A stretch of DNA of 64,000 bases from Antechinus flavipes. Lineage: Eukaryota. Shown here in pieces: positions 1 through 12,060 of the stretch. Both the position numbers and the translations under genes were made by a program. The stretch is taken from positions 117,056,001 to 117,120,000 of the forward strand of contig NC_067398.1 in NCBI RefSeq assembly GCF_016432865.1, read 5' to 3'. The notes below the pieces were generated by a model that saw only the letters and a list, made by a program, of their open reading frames with translations, ran no database searches and was not told where the DNA came from. Numbering within the stretch: the stretch's first letter is position 1; each line of letters begins with the position of its first letter.

Positions 1-97
1 GTAGCTCTGTGAAAGGAGAAAAGGAGCAGGATTTAAAAGATGTTTTAAAGGTTGAAGTGAAAATTTGATAATTGAATATAAGGGGAGGGGATATATA

Positions 98-142
<45 letters not shown>

Positions 143-440
143 ATATAAGTAAGAAGTACAGGATAATGCCAAGATTATGAACCTGGATGGCCAGTAGCAT
201 TGTGGTTTCTTCAACAAAAAATAGAGGAGTTTGGAAGAGGGGAGTGTTTAGGGATGAGCTCAGTTTTAGACATGTTTAATCTAAGATGTCTCTCTATAAT
301 ACAATCTGATGTACAATTGAAATACAATTTGAAATGTTCAGTAGGTGATTGGTGACACAGGATTGAAGATTAAGAGGGATAGTGAAGTTGGGTATAGAGA
401 TCTGGGATCTCTACACAGATAATAGCAAACTCCATGGGAT
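1..440 (-). mobile_element. LINE-2 fragment containing a (TA)n insertion at about 90-147
   Basis: aggataatgccaagatt...gagctcagttttagacatgtt...tttgaaatg...tagagatctggga is typical of inverted L2. Confidence 0.55.
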
Positions 441-2399
441 ACCAAGAAGAAAGCATAAAGGCAGAAGATCATCTTAGAGATCTACCTAAAACACAGAGGT
501 TCAGTAAGTTGTTTAGTATACCATAGCTAGCATATGTGCCAGAGACAGGACTTAAGTGAAGGGCTTCATGTCTTCAAGGCCAAGCTTATATTGACTGCAA
601 CATACTGCTTCTTCCATTGTTTTTCTTATAGGACAACTGCATTTCATCAAATCTACATAACACAATTTTTTCAGCCATTCCAGAATCAATCGGTAGATAT
701 TGTGTTTCCAATTTGTTTGCTTGTTTGTTTAAAATTTTGTTGTGTATGGAATCTATTTGTCTTTTACCTCCTTAGGATGAAGTATTTGTACAAAAATGAA
801 ATCTCTTCACCAAAGGTTATAAACGATTTCATGACTTTTCTCACAGAGCAGACCCATTGGTAGTAGCAAAAAGTTGGATGCAAATTGTACTCAATGATTA
901 AGGAATAGCCAAGTAAAATATGGTATAGGAATGTAGAGTTAGGGATAGGGATTTCATTCATACAGAAAGAATTCCTACTTTCTTTCTGAATTTAATTCTT
1001 TGACAGCTACCTAGTGCACTGAGAGATTAAGTGATTTGCCAAGGGTTATTTATACAGATAGGAATGTAATGGAATATTATTGCACCATGAGAAAAAAATA
1101 GTAAGGTTTAATTGAAATAATACAAAGTAAATGAAACAATGTAAAGCAGTGTGTATGCCAGAAAAACTGGCTTTGGATTCAGAAGCCCTGAGGTTGATTC
1201 TGCCACAAATTAGAATCCCAACTCTTTCTTGCCATAAGAATAACATTAACAACAAGCATTTGTATAGCATTACTACATACCTAACACAAAACACTTTAAA
1301 AACATTACCTGACAAACAAGTAATTATTATGAAATAGATGTTATTGTGATTCTCATTTATAGTTCAGGAAATTGGAGCAAACAGAGGTTTCTAAGTGATC
1401 AGTATAAGACCACACATCTAGTAAATATCTAAGGCTGGATCTCAATTCATGTCTTTCTTCCTAAAGATCTAGTACTCCATCTACTATACCATCTAAGTCC
1501 TTTAACTCTCTGGGCTTCAGGTTCCTTGGCTGTAGAATGAGAACACTGGACTAGAATACCTATAAGGCTTATTTTAGCCCTAAATCTGTGATTCCATTAT
1601 AGTTGGGGCCATCTTTTCTTCCCTTACTCCTCTCCTCCATCTCCATGAAACATGTCTAAGTAGAGTCATGATTCCTGGCTTCACAAAGAAGCTTTGGATG
1701 GGAGTATGGGGCCAAATATGACTCAACATTGAGGGCCTTGCACTGTGGGACAATGAATCTCTGTTTATTGGCTGTGGAACCAGAAGATCTAAGGATTCTG
1801 AAAGTACTAAAAGTAGAAGATGCTCTCTTCTTTTCCAGCTTCAAAGCATGAAGGACATTCAATGAGTATCTAGAAAGTTGAGTCAAAGACAGGCAGCAGG
1901 TTCCATTGGCCATAAGCACATGAAAGCTAAACCACACACCCCGCCTCTTTTGTTTTGAGTATTTCCTGAACTTAAGCAAACCTTAAGAAAAGTAAGATAG
2001 CCCTGGAGTTAGGAATATTCCTCTTCCTGAGTTCAAATCCAGCCTTAAACATTTCCTGGCTATGTGGCCCTTGAACATAACTCTATTTATCTCCGTATCC
2101 TCATCTGTTAAATGAGCTAGAAAAGGAAATGACAAACTGCTTCAAAATCTTTGCCAAGAAAACCTCAAATGGGGTCGAGAAAAGTCAGACAGAACTGAAG
2201 AACAACAACGAACTTAAGCCAATGATTGCTCTGATATGGAATGTTCAGTCTTAGTGGTATAACCAGACTAAGGGATCTGAGGCAGCTAGAAAGTGCATAA
2301 AGGCGGAGCCTTGAATCAGGAAGATCTGAGTTCAAATCCAATCTCAGACACTAATTGTGTGACTTTGGGCAAGTGACTTAACTTTGTAGAACTAGGGTC

Positions 2400-3130
2400 T
2401 CATTGTATTGGAAGTAATTCATGGAAGATAAAGCTTCTGCAAGTTCTGGAGAGGACAGTCACTGACAAGAAGATTAGGCCAAGCATGGTTATTTTACCAA
2501 AGGATATGTATCAGGAATTGTTTAGACAATAAAGTGAAGAATCTCTAATTTGTAGTCTTGCAAATTACCATATGTTCTGAGGAAGTTTAAATACTAGGAG
2601 ACAGATTGTACCAGTAGCTAAAAATTAAACTGATGAATTCTATTCTGCTAACATTCTTGAAAGTCTTTTAAGTCTAACATTTCTTAAGTGTCAAGAATAA
2701 ACTATTTGTCCCGTACCTGCTTCATATCATACATTAAATATATTTTTATTCTTTCCATTTAGGAGGAGATTCAATTAGTAAAATCATCTCAAGAGTGTTA
2801 GAGGAAGGGGATTTAATGAGCCACTGAGTGTGAGAACAACTCTTCTCATTAGAGTCAGGCTCCCCAGAACTGAATCTGGTCCAAACTGCATGCCTAAGGA
2901 CAGAATACAAAGTGAATGAAGTGACCCTATTCTCTAAGATAACAGAGTATCAGTTCCTCAAGGTTAGGCTAGGAAGCCTACCCAAAAGAATAATATATGA
3001 TTATGTAAAGAAAGATTATATTAAATGATGAAAAACTCAGGGTAAGTATGATGGTATCAATTGGTCAAATTTAAAGGACACCGTCTTCCTTTTTTGATTT
3101 TGTTAACAATCAGTAAATTTCAGAAGACTA
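2400..3130 (+). mobile_element. Degenerate L3/CR1 LINE fragment
   Basis: aagcatggttattttaccaaagga and related CR1-like RT remnants; further L3 3' pieces at about 4080-4290 and 7130-7290. Confidence 0.4.
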
Positions 3131-3399
3131 GAATTGCAAGAATTAGCATGGACAATCCTCTAGTTTGGTGTCTTTCTCATCTATTGGGAAGAGTATGCTT
3201 TGGAAGGATTTTTTTCCCATGATTGCCTTCTTTATGAAAATAAAATGTAACAAACAAAAAACAACACATTTCAAAACTAAATGGTTACAAATAAAAGCAA
3301 GGATTAGCAGAATAGACTAGATAAGAAAGAATCGGAAACCATTAAACTCAGTTACACAGAATTAAATAAATTCAAGACCACAACTTACTTGGGGAGTAA

Positions 3400-4070
3400 C
3401 ACCCTATTTGAAAAAAAAAATTTAAAAAACACTTTTGCAAAAATTAGGTTTCTAAATAACTAAAAAAGTCATACCCTTTAATCCAGAGATCCTACTGCTA
3501 GTTATGTACTCTAAGGAAATAAAAGGCAGAAAATTCCTATATACGCCTAAATATTCAAAACATTTGTTGTTGTTGTTGTTGTTGTAGTAAGAAACTGAAA
3601 ATAAAATGGACATTCATTCATTGGGAAATGCTAAAAAAAAATTATGCTATATGAACAAATGGAAGAATACTTCTCATCTATCATTAGTAGTGATGGATAT
3701 GGAGAATGCAAAGAACTATAGAAAAATTGTGTAAATTGATATAGTAAAGTATGCAGAACCAAGAAAATGTGGTTATATCAATATAAATAGAAAAGGTATA
3801 TACAAAAAAAGAAAATATTGCTGTATAATTATAATGACTGATTATGACCTTAGAGAAGAATTCATAAAACACACTTTCCTTCCCAACTTACAGAGGAGCA
3901 TGGGGAAATGTACATGTAGAATAGGCATGACTAGTGTGTTCATTGATTTTGCTAAACTGTTTCCCCTCTCACCCTGCCCCACTTTCTTGTTTTAATTTTT
4001 GTTACATGAAAGAGAGGCATTCAAAAATGAAAGTGTTATAAAAACAAAATATAGCAACAAAAATGAGATT
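3400..4070 (+). mobile_element. Old LINE-1 3' fragment
   Basis: ataccctttaatccagagatcctactgcta, cattcattgggaaatgc, atgcagaaccaagaaaat: degenerate L1 3' features. Confidence 0.5.
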
Positions 4071-5981
4071 AAATCTTAAAAAGCACCCATAAATTTATCA
4101 ATAAAACAAAGCAATAACATGTTTCCAAACCAGGTTAAATTATTGTAGATTTTCAATGTAAACAAACAAAAGTTCAAGTAATGAGGAACCCCATACTTTC
4201 CATACAGCCTATTCCACTTTTGGATAGCAATAATTTGGGAGGAGTTTTTCTTTCTAGTAAGCCTCAATATACTCTCACCCAGTACTCGTAGTTAATGATG
4301 TGGAAAAGGAAATGGTAAACCACTCCAATACTTTTAGGGGCAGCTAGGTGGTACAATGCATAAAGGACAAGGCTTGCAGTCAAAAAAATTGGATTTCAAA
4401 TGTGACTTTAAACATCTATTAGTTGTGTGACCCTAGGCAGCTCACTTAATCTAATCTGCCTCAGTTTCTTCATCTGTAAAATGAACTGGAGAAGGAAATA
4501 GCAAATCATTCTAGTTACCTTTGCCAGGAAAACTTCAAATGGAGTCATGATGAGTTGGACATGGCTAAAAAGCAATCCTAATTTTCCTTTCAATAGATGT
4601 GAAGAATAAGATGCTTTATATTCTAATCATGGTAAATACCAATAGATATAACACAGATAAACTCTTGATGAGGGGATGTTTCTCAATAATTTTAAGACCC
4701 TTTAAGGGTTCTGAGAATTACTGGTCAAGTTCTTTCCAAGAAACACAAGGAAATGGAAAGAGTATTGATGTGGAGTCAGAACTACATTGAAATGCTCACT
4801 GAATTACTTTTTACTGTAACTGTGTAAGACCTTGAACAAGTCACTCAACCATTCCAGGCCTCAGTTTCCACATCTGTAAAAATGAGAAGGTTGGGTAAGA
4901 TGGCCTGTAAGACCCCTTCAAGATTTAAATATATGACCCCATGAATGTGAGAAGAGTACAAAACCTCCTTGCCTAAGTCAAGGGAGAAGGTTCCTGATGG
5001 GCCGAGCAAACTCTTTTATTGCAGAATCAGGAAACTTACTCAGTCTCATGCAGTGAATAGCCTATCAAAAAATTTTTAGTATGCACTGCCAATAGAACTA
5101 TATTTACTTGTTTATAAATTATACATGTATTACTGCATCAATACAATTTGTAAACCTTACCAAAAATAAATATTAAAAAAAAGATGAGATAAAAGTGAAA
5201 TGGTGTTTGATCCTAAAATCAATAGAAAACCATTGGAATTTACTAAGCAGGGGAATTAGCATGGTCAGTTCTGTGTCTACCTTTCTATGCTCCAACAGCT
5301 TAAGGTCATGTCATGGTCCACTGGGGGACCTCACACTGGAGACCACTGGTCTGCAGGACTGAGATTGGCCATTCACAATAGAGATGGAATAGATTGTAGG
5401 AAGAGGTGGTGAAAGAGTGTTATGGAACCAAAAGGTACCATTCTCAAAATGAGAAGCCAGGATGGGAGTAGCCCTAGGAATAACCTCTAGGTCTAGAGAA
5501 TCACAGAGCTCAAGAAGGCCCTGGGGAATTTCTCTAGATTTGATATCCCTCCCTTTTCCTCCTTTCTCCCATCCCTCTCTTTCCTTCCCCTCTCCATTTT
5601 CTCCCCATCTCTACTAGGTTGCTTTATTTTATTTGTGCTTCTGATTGATTTTATTCTCCTCTTTTATTAATAAAAGTGCCTATTTATGGCACTTTGAGGT
5701 TTACAAAGCATTTTCCCCATAACAAATCTGCAAGGTAGGAAGTCTAAATATTATTATTTCCATTTGATGGATGGTAAGATCTAAAGGGAATAAGTGATTT
5801 ATTTATGGTCATATAGCTCATAAATCTAGAACCAGGATTCATACCCCAGGATCCTCAATTGCAAATCCATTGCTCTTTCCACAATAACTTTGTGAATTTA
5901 TATCTTTTTTTTTTCTTTTGTAACCTCCAATAAAATCCTCCTTGGAAGTCTGGTATGGAGATGGCCTTGGTTTCTTGAAAA

Positions 5982-6098
5982 CTTTGCTAATGCAGTACCA
6001 AGCCCATCAGATGCTGCCAAGCTGGAAAGGCTAGGAGAACAGGCCCAGCCACAGACTTTGTATTTGCCATCCCAGGACCCAGCCTAGCTCACTCCATA
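5982..6098 (-). pseudogene. Possible decayed remnant of CD19 exon 5 (transmembrane exon)
   Basis: ccag|TA TGG... reads VWSELGWVLGWQIQSLWL, then in a shifted frame LMGLVLH*Q, versus human VLWHWLLRTGGWKVSAVTL...LVGILHLQR. Strand, order, phase and approximate length (117 nt) fit. Similarity is weak and not statistically tested. Confidence 0.3.
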
Positions 6099-6972
6099 CT
6101 GGCTCCTGACAGGGCAAGATCAGGGAGCAGGTAATGAGTTGTTTTGGTCACACCCACTCATATGATCATAAAATATTAGAGCTGGAAGAAACTTTAGAGT
6201 TCATCTAATCTAGGGGCTCTTAATTTGTTTTTGTGCCTTGAACCCCTTTGGCAATTTAATAAAACTCTGAATCCTTTCTCAGAATAAAGTTTTTAAAAGC
6301 ATAAAATCAAATACAAAAGATTAAGCAAGAAAACAATTATACTGAATTATAATGATCCAAATGTTTAAAAAGTAAACTCACAGACCTCCTGGTTAATAAT
6401 GTATACTCTAATTCAATTCTTTACTTTTACAGAAGAGGAAACAATCCTAAAAGTCATACAGGGGATTGAAGAGGTTTATCCAAGTTGGAATTCGAACCCA
6501 TTCCTCATTCTAAATTCCATGCTCTTTATACGATCACATTTTTCCTTCTGCCACATTTTTGCCTACTTTTTTGGAAGTATTCCATATTTATAAATAAAAA
6601 TTCTTCCTAAAACACAAGTTAGTTCAGATGTAATAAAGCAAAGAGGTAGGAAGTTGGGGAACAGTCTGGACTATATATTGGACTTGGAATCTGGGGACCT
6701 CCATTTGAAATATGGCTCTGATTCTATTACTAGCTTCATGACCGTGGGAAATAACATGAATTCTCTGAGCCTCAGTTTGTAAGTCTGTAAAATCTGATTA
6801 TCCCACCCCACCTACCCCCCACAATTCCTACCTTACAGGATTACAGTGAAGCAAGGGTTTTCTGAACCTGAAAGTCTGGGAACAAATTAGAACATAGCAA
6901 ACTTCATATAGAGTGCTATGAGATTGTTAAGATCACAGGAAAGTTAGCTGATCATTAGATTCAACTCATACT

Positions 6973-6974
<2 letters not shown>

Positions 6975-7003
<29 letters not shown>

Positions 7004-7052
7004 GCATCAAATATTGTTGTATCATATATGTATGCATCAAATACATATACAA

Positions 7053-7102
<50 letters not shown>

Positions 7103-7105
7103 GTA
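6975..7105. repeat. Compound (TA)n/(CA)n microsatellite
   Basis: Direct observation. Confidence 0.9.
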
Positions 7106-8103
7106 TGTATGCAACAATATTTGATGCTACTACTACTTACTTCCTGAGGCAACCCATCCCAACTCTGGAGCAACTCTAACTATTAAATAAAATTTTCATT
7201 ACATCAGAGCCTAAATTTGCCTCCCTAAAACTGACCTTTAGCTCCTAAGTTTGCCCTCTCCCTTGGGAATAGATGAAGCCTCTCTTCCATCAAGCCTCTC
7301 CAATTAAATAGCCCTTCAAAGCTTGAATACAGATCAGATAAGGGATCAATCTAGGAACCAAGGAAGGCTACATAAGGGAGGCACCAGGAATGTTTGGAAG
7401 GATCAGTGTGATATCAACATGTGGAGACCAGAAGGAAACAAACATTTATTATGTACCTACTATGTGTCAAGCACTGTACTAAGTCCTTTATAAATCTTAT
7501 CTTATTTGATCTTTACAATAACCCGGGGAGGTAAATGCTTTTATTATTCCCATTTTATAGATAAGGTACCTATGCAAGATGGAGGTTAAGTTGCTTGCTC
7601 AGCATCACACAATTAATAAGTGTCAGAAATTGGATTTGAACTCATGTCTTTTCTGAGTCTCCACTTCCATATATTACTTAATACTTTATTCGTTAATAAA
7701 TATTACAAATTAATACAAAATTATTACAAATACATAAAATTAATACAAATATTCCTTAATATTTTAGCTATAGGAGACAATCTAAGCTAGGCTCTGGGAG
7801 GAAGGAGGCAGCTCCTACTGTTTAATAATTAATAAGTAGAATTTATAGAATTAATAAGTAGAATTATAGAATTATCCTCACAACAACTTTCCTGATAGAT
7901 GCTATTATTATCCTCATTTTACAGTTGATGAAACTGAGGCAAACAGATTAAATCACTTACCCAAGCTAGGATCTGAACTCAGTTCTTCCTGACTCCAGAG
8001 TTCTATCCATTTTGCACCTAGGTGCCCTCCACCCAATGTCTCTAACCTTTCCCACCCCTATTTAACTTCCTCTTGCCTCTCCCTTCCACAGCCCCTTACT
8101 CAC

Positions 8104-9800
8104 CCTCTGTTTGGTTCTGGTCAGTACATGGAGCAAAGGGATCCCACAGCTCAGGTTTGTCCTCAGCCCATACATATAGCTGGGTGGAGGGATGAGTTTG
8201 GAACTTGGATCTTGAACGGTCAGAAGGCTTAACTGAAGATGAGGATTCCTTCCTAAGACCACAGCCTTCTGGGCCAGTAGCATTCCACTGGAACAGTTCA
8301 CCTGGCAATATGGAGATAGAGTTGGAGACAGATTGGGAGCTGGGCCCAGGGACAGTTATTGTTCCCTGGGCAGCTCCTAGTCTTGTCTTCATATCTCAAA
8401 GTCTCTCCCTCAGACCTAGTTTTAATACCTCCTTCTGAGTCTTCCAGTTTTAATTCTCCCAACCATCCTGCCCACTGACTCCCTCCAAATTCTTAACAAT
8501 CTCTTTTTCCTTAGGTCCCCCAACAACAGTCCACTCTGTGGATCATAAGATTTAGAGTGGGCAAAGACCTTATCAATCATCTAGTCTGAACCCCTCATTT
8601 TACAGATGAAGAAACTGAGACTTAAAAAGGGAGAATATGACTTACTCATGATCATACAAGGAAGAAGTGGCTGGAACTGGATTTCAAATTCTTGTCTTTT
8701 TACCTCTATTCTAATGTTCCTTCCATGACACCATATATATGTTTCTCAGCAGAATGGAAAACTGAGGCCAAGATACATTCCCTCCTCACCCTCCCCTTCC
8801 CTCTGCACTGAGCCCAGAGTTTCAGGTTCCCTTCACCCCCATGCCCACCCTTGATCCCCAGTCTGGCCCCTCACCACTGCCGTTGACACTGATAGCTGCC
8901 CTGGACTTCAACTCTTGCTTTGTGAGTGGTCCCAATTCACAGAGGTAGAAGCCCCCAGACTGGGCTGAGATGTTATAGATGAAGAGGGAGACCTTCGAGG
9001 GTCCCACCTGGGCCCCCAAACCTGGGCTTTTCAGGGTCAATTGCTGCAAAGAGGATAGTTGCCCTCCTCCGAACCAGGTGACTGGTTCAAAGAGTCCATC
9101 CCTGGGGCCAATCAAGCATGGCAGAACAGCATTCCTCCCCTCTGTGGAGAGAGAGAGGGGGTGGGGGGGACAGTAGGGGAGAAAATGGTGATGGGAACAC
9201 AGGATCTAGGAAGAAACTTCAACTTTCACAATTATAAGACCACAGGCCCCATTACATCATTTTTCTGAGCCTCAATTTCCTCATCTGTCTAAAAGGAATG
9301 AAAATACTCGCACTGTGCTACTTCCCATTTATACAAAGAAATGTATTTATTTAATATATATTTATTTATACAAAAAATTTTATATATCCACATATTTTTT
9401 AATAAAGAAATGTCTCAAAAACGTTGAAATTAAAATGTTACTTTTCTTTACCATCTCTACTTCTTCCTCTTTCCATCATCAACCCAACCCCTACCCTAAG
9501 CCCAGGAGACACTAGTTTCCTCAGTTTCTTCCCAATAAGACTCTGAATTTAGAGTTAGAAAGGGCCTCCTACAGATCATCTCAACTGATCTTCAATCTCA
9601 TTTTACACAGGAAGAAAATAAAGTCCAGAAAGTGACAAACTTTCCAACGCTACACCATAGACTGGCCAAGCTGGGACAAGAGTCCCACACCTCTGCTTCT
9701 TCCTACCTTCAGCCTCCACTCTCAATGGGTCTTGGGACTTGGCAATCTGTGGGGTGAGAAAGAGAAAGAGGAGGAGGAAGAAGAAAGGGGGCTGCTGCAT
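8104..9800 (-). CDS. CD19: B-lymphocyte antigen CD19, exons 1-3 only (signal peptide, first Ig-like part, exon-3 segment); 3' exons not found intact in window
   Basis: Exon 1 9800-9707 ([31 protein letters not shown], donor GAAG|gtagga). Exon 2 9141-8875, 267 nt ([10 protein letters not shown]...[17 protein letters not shown]...VNGS). Exon 3 8301-8104 (GELFQWNAT...GCGL...[13 protein letters not shown]...PC). All GT-AG and phase 1. Motifs match human CD19 (NAVLxCL, GGFYLC, LYVWAxDxPExW). Confidence 0.93.
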
Positions 9801-10035
9801 GGCGAGTCGGGCTCTAACTCCTGGGAGTGTCCGGATCCGCGAGGTGGATGCTGGGGCAAGCAGGGGCTGGTGGGAGTTGCTGAACCAAAACCATGGTTGC
9901 CTTGTCAGAGGTAGCCTGCCTACAGGCCCTGTGCCCCAGGGAGGAAGGGAGGCCACCCACAGCCAGGTCCCCTCAGGGACACACACAGTTCTGTTTCTCC
10001 CCAAATAGCCCAGTCTTCCTCTTCACTTCCCTACA
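9801..10035 (-). promoter_or_regulatory. CD19 TATA-less proximal promoter/5'UTR
   Basis: Minus strand gcaaccatggttttgg...ccagcccctgcttgccccagcatccacctcgcgga closely resembles the human CD19 promoter as I recall it (Pax5 site region CCCATGGTTG...CCAGGCCCCTGCCTGCCCCAGCATCC). EBF-like GCCCCAGGGA at about 9933; GGAAGTGAA at about 10022-10030 (minus). Confidence 0.65.
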
Positions 10036-10554
10036 TTCATACAAACACAGAAGACTATGTATAGGTCTGTGTATGGTTTATCAAACACCTCTAATCCAAA
10101 TAAGACTGGAAAAAAATCTCCCAATCACGAAACCTATGAGAACCCATGAACTTTTATTAAATATAGTTTATGTCACCATTCAATCCAATCCAATTGAATG
10201 AGTAAGTACCTATTATAACCAAGGCATTACACTAGACAAGCTGAAGAAGAACCTCTGGTCCAAGGTTTCCTTTCTTATCCTCTATCAGTCCTTTCACTTT
10301 TCCCATTTAAGCAGTCCACACGGTTTAATAGACTCTTGAATTCAGAGCTCAGACATACTGAAGACACAGAAATTCTAGGTGAGGCAATATATATTAATAC
10401 TCAGGACAAATAAGAAGTAATACGGGCTTTAGAGAAATATAGCTACCAAGATCAATACTTCCTTTTCACTATCAGACCAATGATCTGCCATTTCAACCTA
10501 ATTAATTTCAGGTCAAGAAATACTAGAGGCCTACAATGTCCTAGGGTCTATCCT

Positions 10555-10556
<2 letters not shown>

Positions 10557-10617
<61 letters not shown>

Positions 10618-10625
10618 TATATATG
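10557..10625. repeat. (TA)n microsatellite
   Basis: Direct observation. Confidence 0.95.
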
Positions 10626-10899
10626 GCATGCTTTATACAGGATAAATAGAAACAAATTAACAAAAGGAAGGCACTAGAATTAAGAGTTGAGGAAGCTTTC
10701 CCCCGAAGAAGCTGGGATTTAAAATGTGACTTAAAGCCAAAAAAGGTCAATAATCAGAGGGAGGAGAGTGAGCATTCCAAGCAAGGGATTCAGCCAGAAT
10801 GTCTGGGGTCAAGAGATGGAGTCTTGAACACAGTATTAGAGCTAAAAAAGGAATATAGAATATAGAATATAAAAACTAGAAAGAATTTTAGAGATCATT

Positions 10900-11212
10900 T
10901 AATAGTGTTTTTCAAACTTTTTAGTCCCCTTTATACTATTAAAAATTATTGAGGACCACAAAGAGTTTTTGTTTATGTGGGTTACATTTATTGTAACTAC
11001 AACTCACATTGCAACATTTACTGTATTAGAAATCTAAATATCTTAATTTAACTATGAAAACAGTTTTTGACTTCATAGATCAACAGATCTATGAAGTCTA
11101 GGGGTCCCCAGACCACACTTTGAATATCTTAATTAACTATGAAAATATTTTTGATTTCACAGACCAATGAAGAAGGTCTAGGGGTCCCCAGACCACATTT
11201 TGAAAACTGATC
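10900..11212. mobile_element. hAT-Charlie (MER3-like) DNA transposon fossil with internal tandem duplication
   Basis: TIR-like ends tagtgtttttcaaa ... tttgaaaactgatcta; internal tcccctttatactattaaaaattattgaggacc. Confidence 0.5.
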
Positions 11213-11949
11213 TAATCAAACTCATTTTCTTTTCTGTACTTAATGAGTACCAAATAAAATGACTATTTCTATCTACAAAGTAGAACAGAAAAAGAGGATC
11301 ATACATAAAACTGTAAATCTCTATTATGTACAGCTCACTTTTCCTTTTAAGTACATAATGAATTCATCATGTAGCTCTCAAATCTGCCACACTTGTCTGT
11401 TCCTTTCTGACCTCCCTTATGTTTTTCTCTTGTACATTTTTAAAAATAATTCAATGACTTTTATTTTTTGCAATCCTAGTTGTGCCCCTCACACCCTCCC
11501 CCATCCCACTGAAAACAAAAAAGAAAAATAAGACTCTTGTAATAAATATGCCCAGTTAAAATAAATTTCCATTTTGGGAAATTCTCTTCTGAAAATGTGA
11601 TTCATTCTGCATCTTGAGTCCAAAACCTTCCAGTTAGGATGTGGCTAGCGAGCTTCATCAGTTGAGAAATCATGTTGGTCATTATACTAATCAAGAATAT
11701 CCTCATTTTACAGGAAAGGAAACTAAGACCAGGGACTTGCCCAGACCTAAGACTTGCCCAAAATCACATAGCAAGTCAGGGACATGACCAAGACTAGAAG
11801 CCTGGTTTCCAGACTCCAAATCTAGTGGGCGGTTGGGGACAAGGAGGTTCTACTTCCATTATTTTGCACAAGAAGACATGGAGGGAATATGGACTAAACT
11901 AGAGAGGCTTCTTACCTCTGTTACTATTTCCTAACCTTATACTACCCCC

Positions 11950-12060
11950 TCCTTTTCCCCTACCCACAGCTTCCTGTTTGTGACAGACAACCCTCAGGAG
12001 ACCCCTCACAGGTGGCAAACCTTGGCCTTTCTTCTGGCTCAGAGTGAGGTGAAGTGAATC
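11950..12060. promoter_or_regulatory. Candidate CD19 upstream B-cell enhancer
   Basis: Unique non-repeat island about 2.2 kb upstream of the CD19 ATG with ETS cttcctgt (11970), E-box CAGGTG (12009-12014) and GAAGTGAA (12051). Confidence 0.4.

Noticed and set aside
534-961. Short AT-rich ORFs and exon-like segments near the window start
   Set aside because: No homology recognised; the region is AT-rich and repeat-derived.
1580-1797. Strong minus-strand acceptor (tactttcag|) in phase with CD19 exon 3, open for about 70 codons
   Set aside because: No homology to CD19 and no TM segment; could be a cryptic terminal exon, but there is no supporting evidence.
5300-5530. Minus-strand frame ...VIPRATPILASHFENGTFWFHN resembling the end of CD19 exon 4 (PRAT...CHRGNLTMSFH)
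   Set aside because: Score is at chance level by my estimate, the acceptor phase is wrong, and it lies downstream of the putative exon-5 remnant, so the order is inconsistent.
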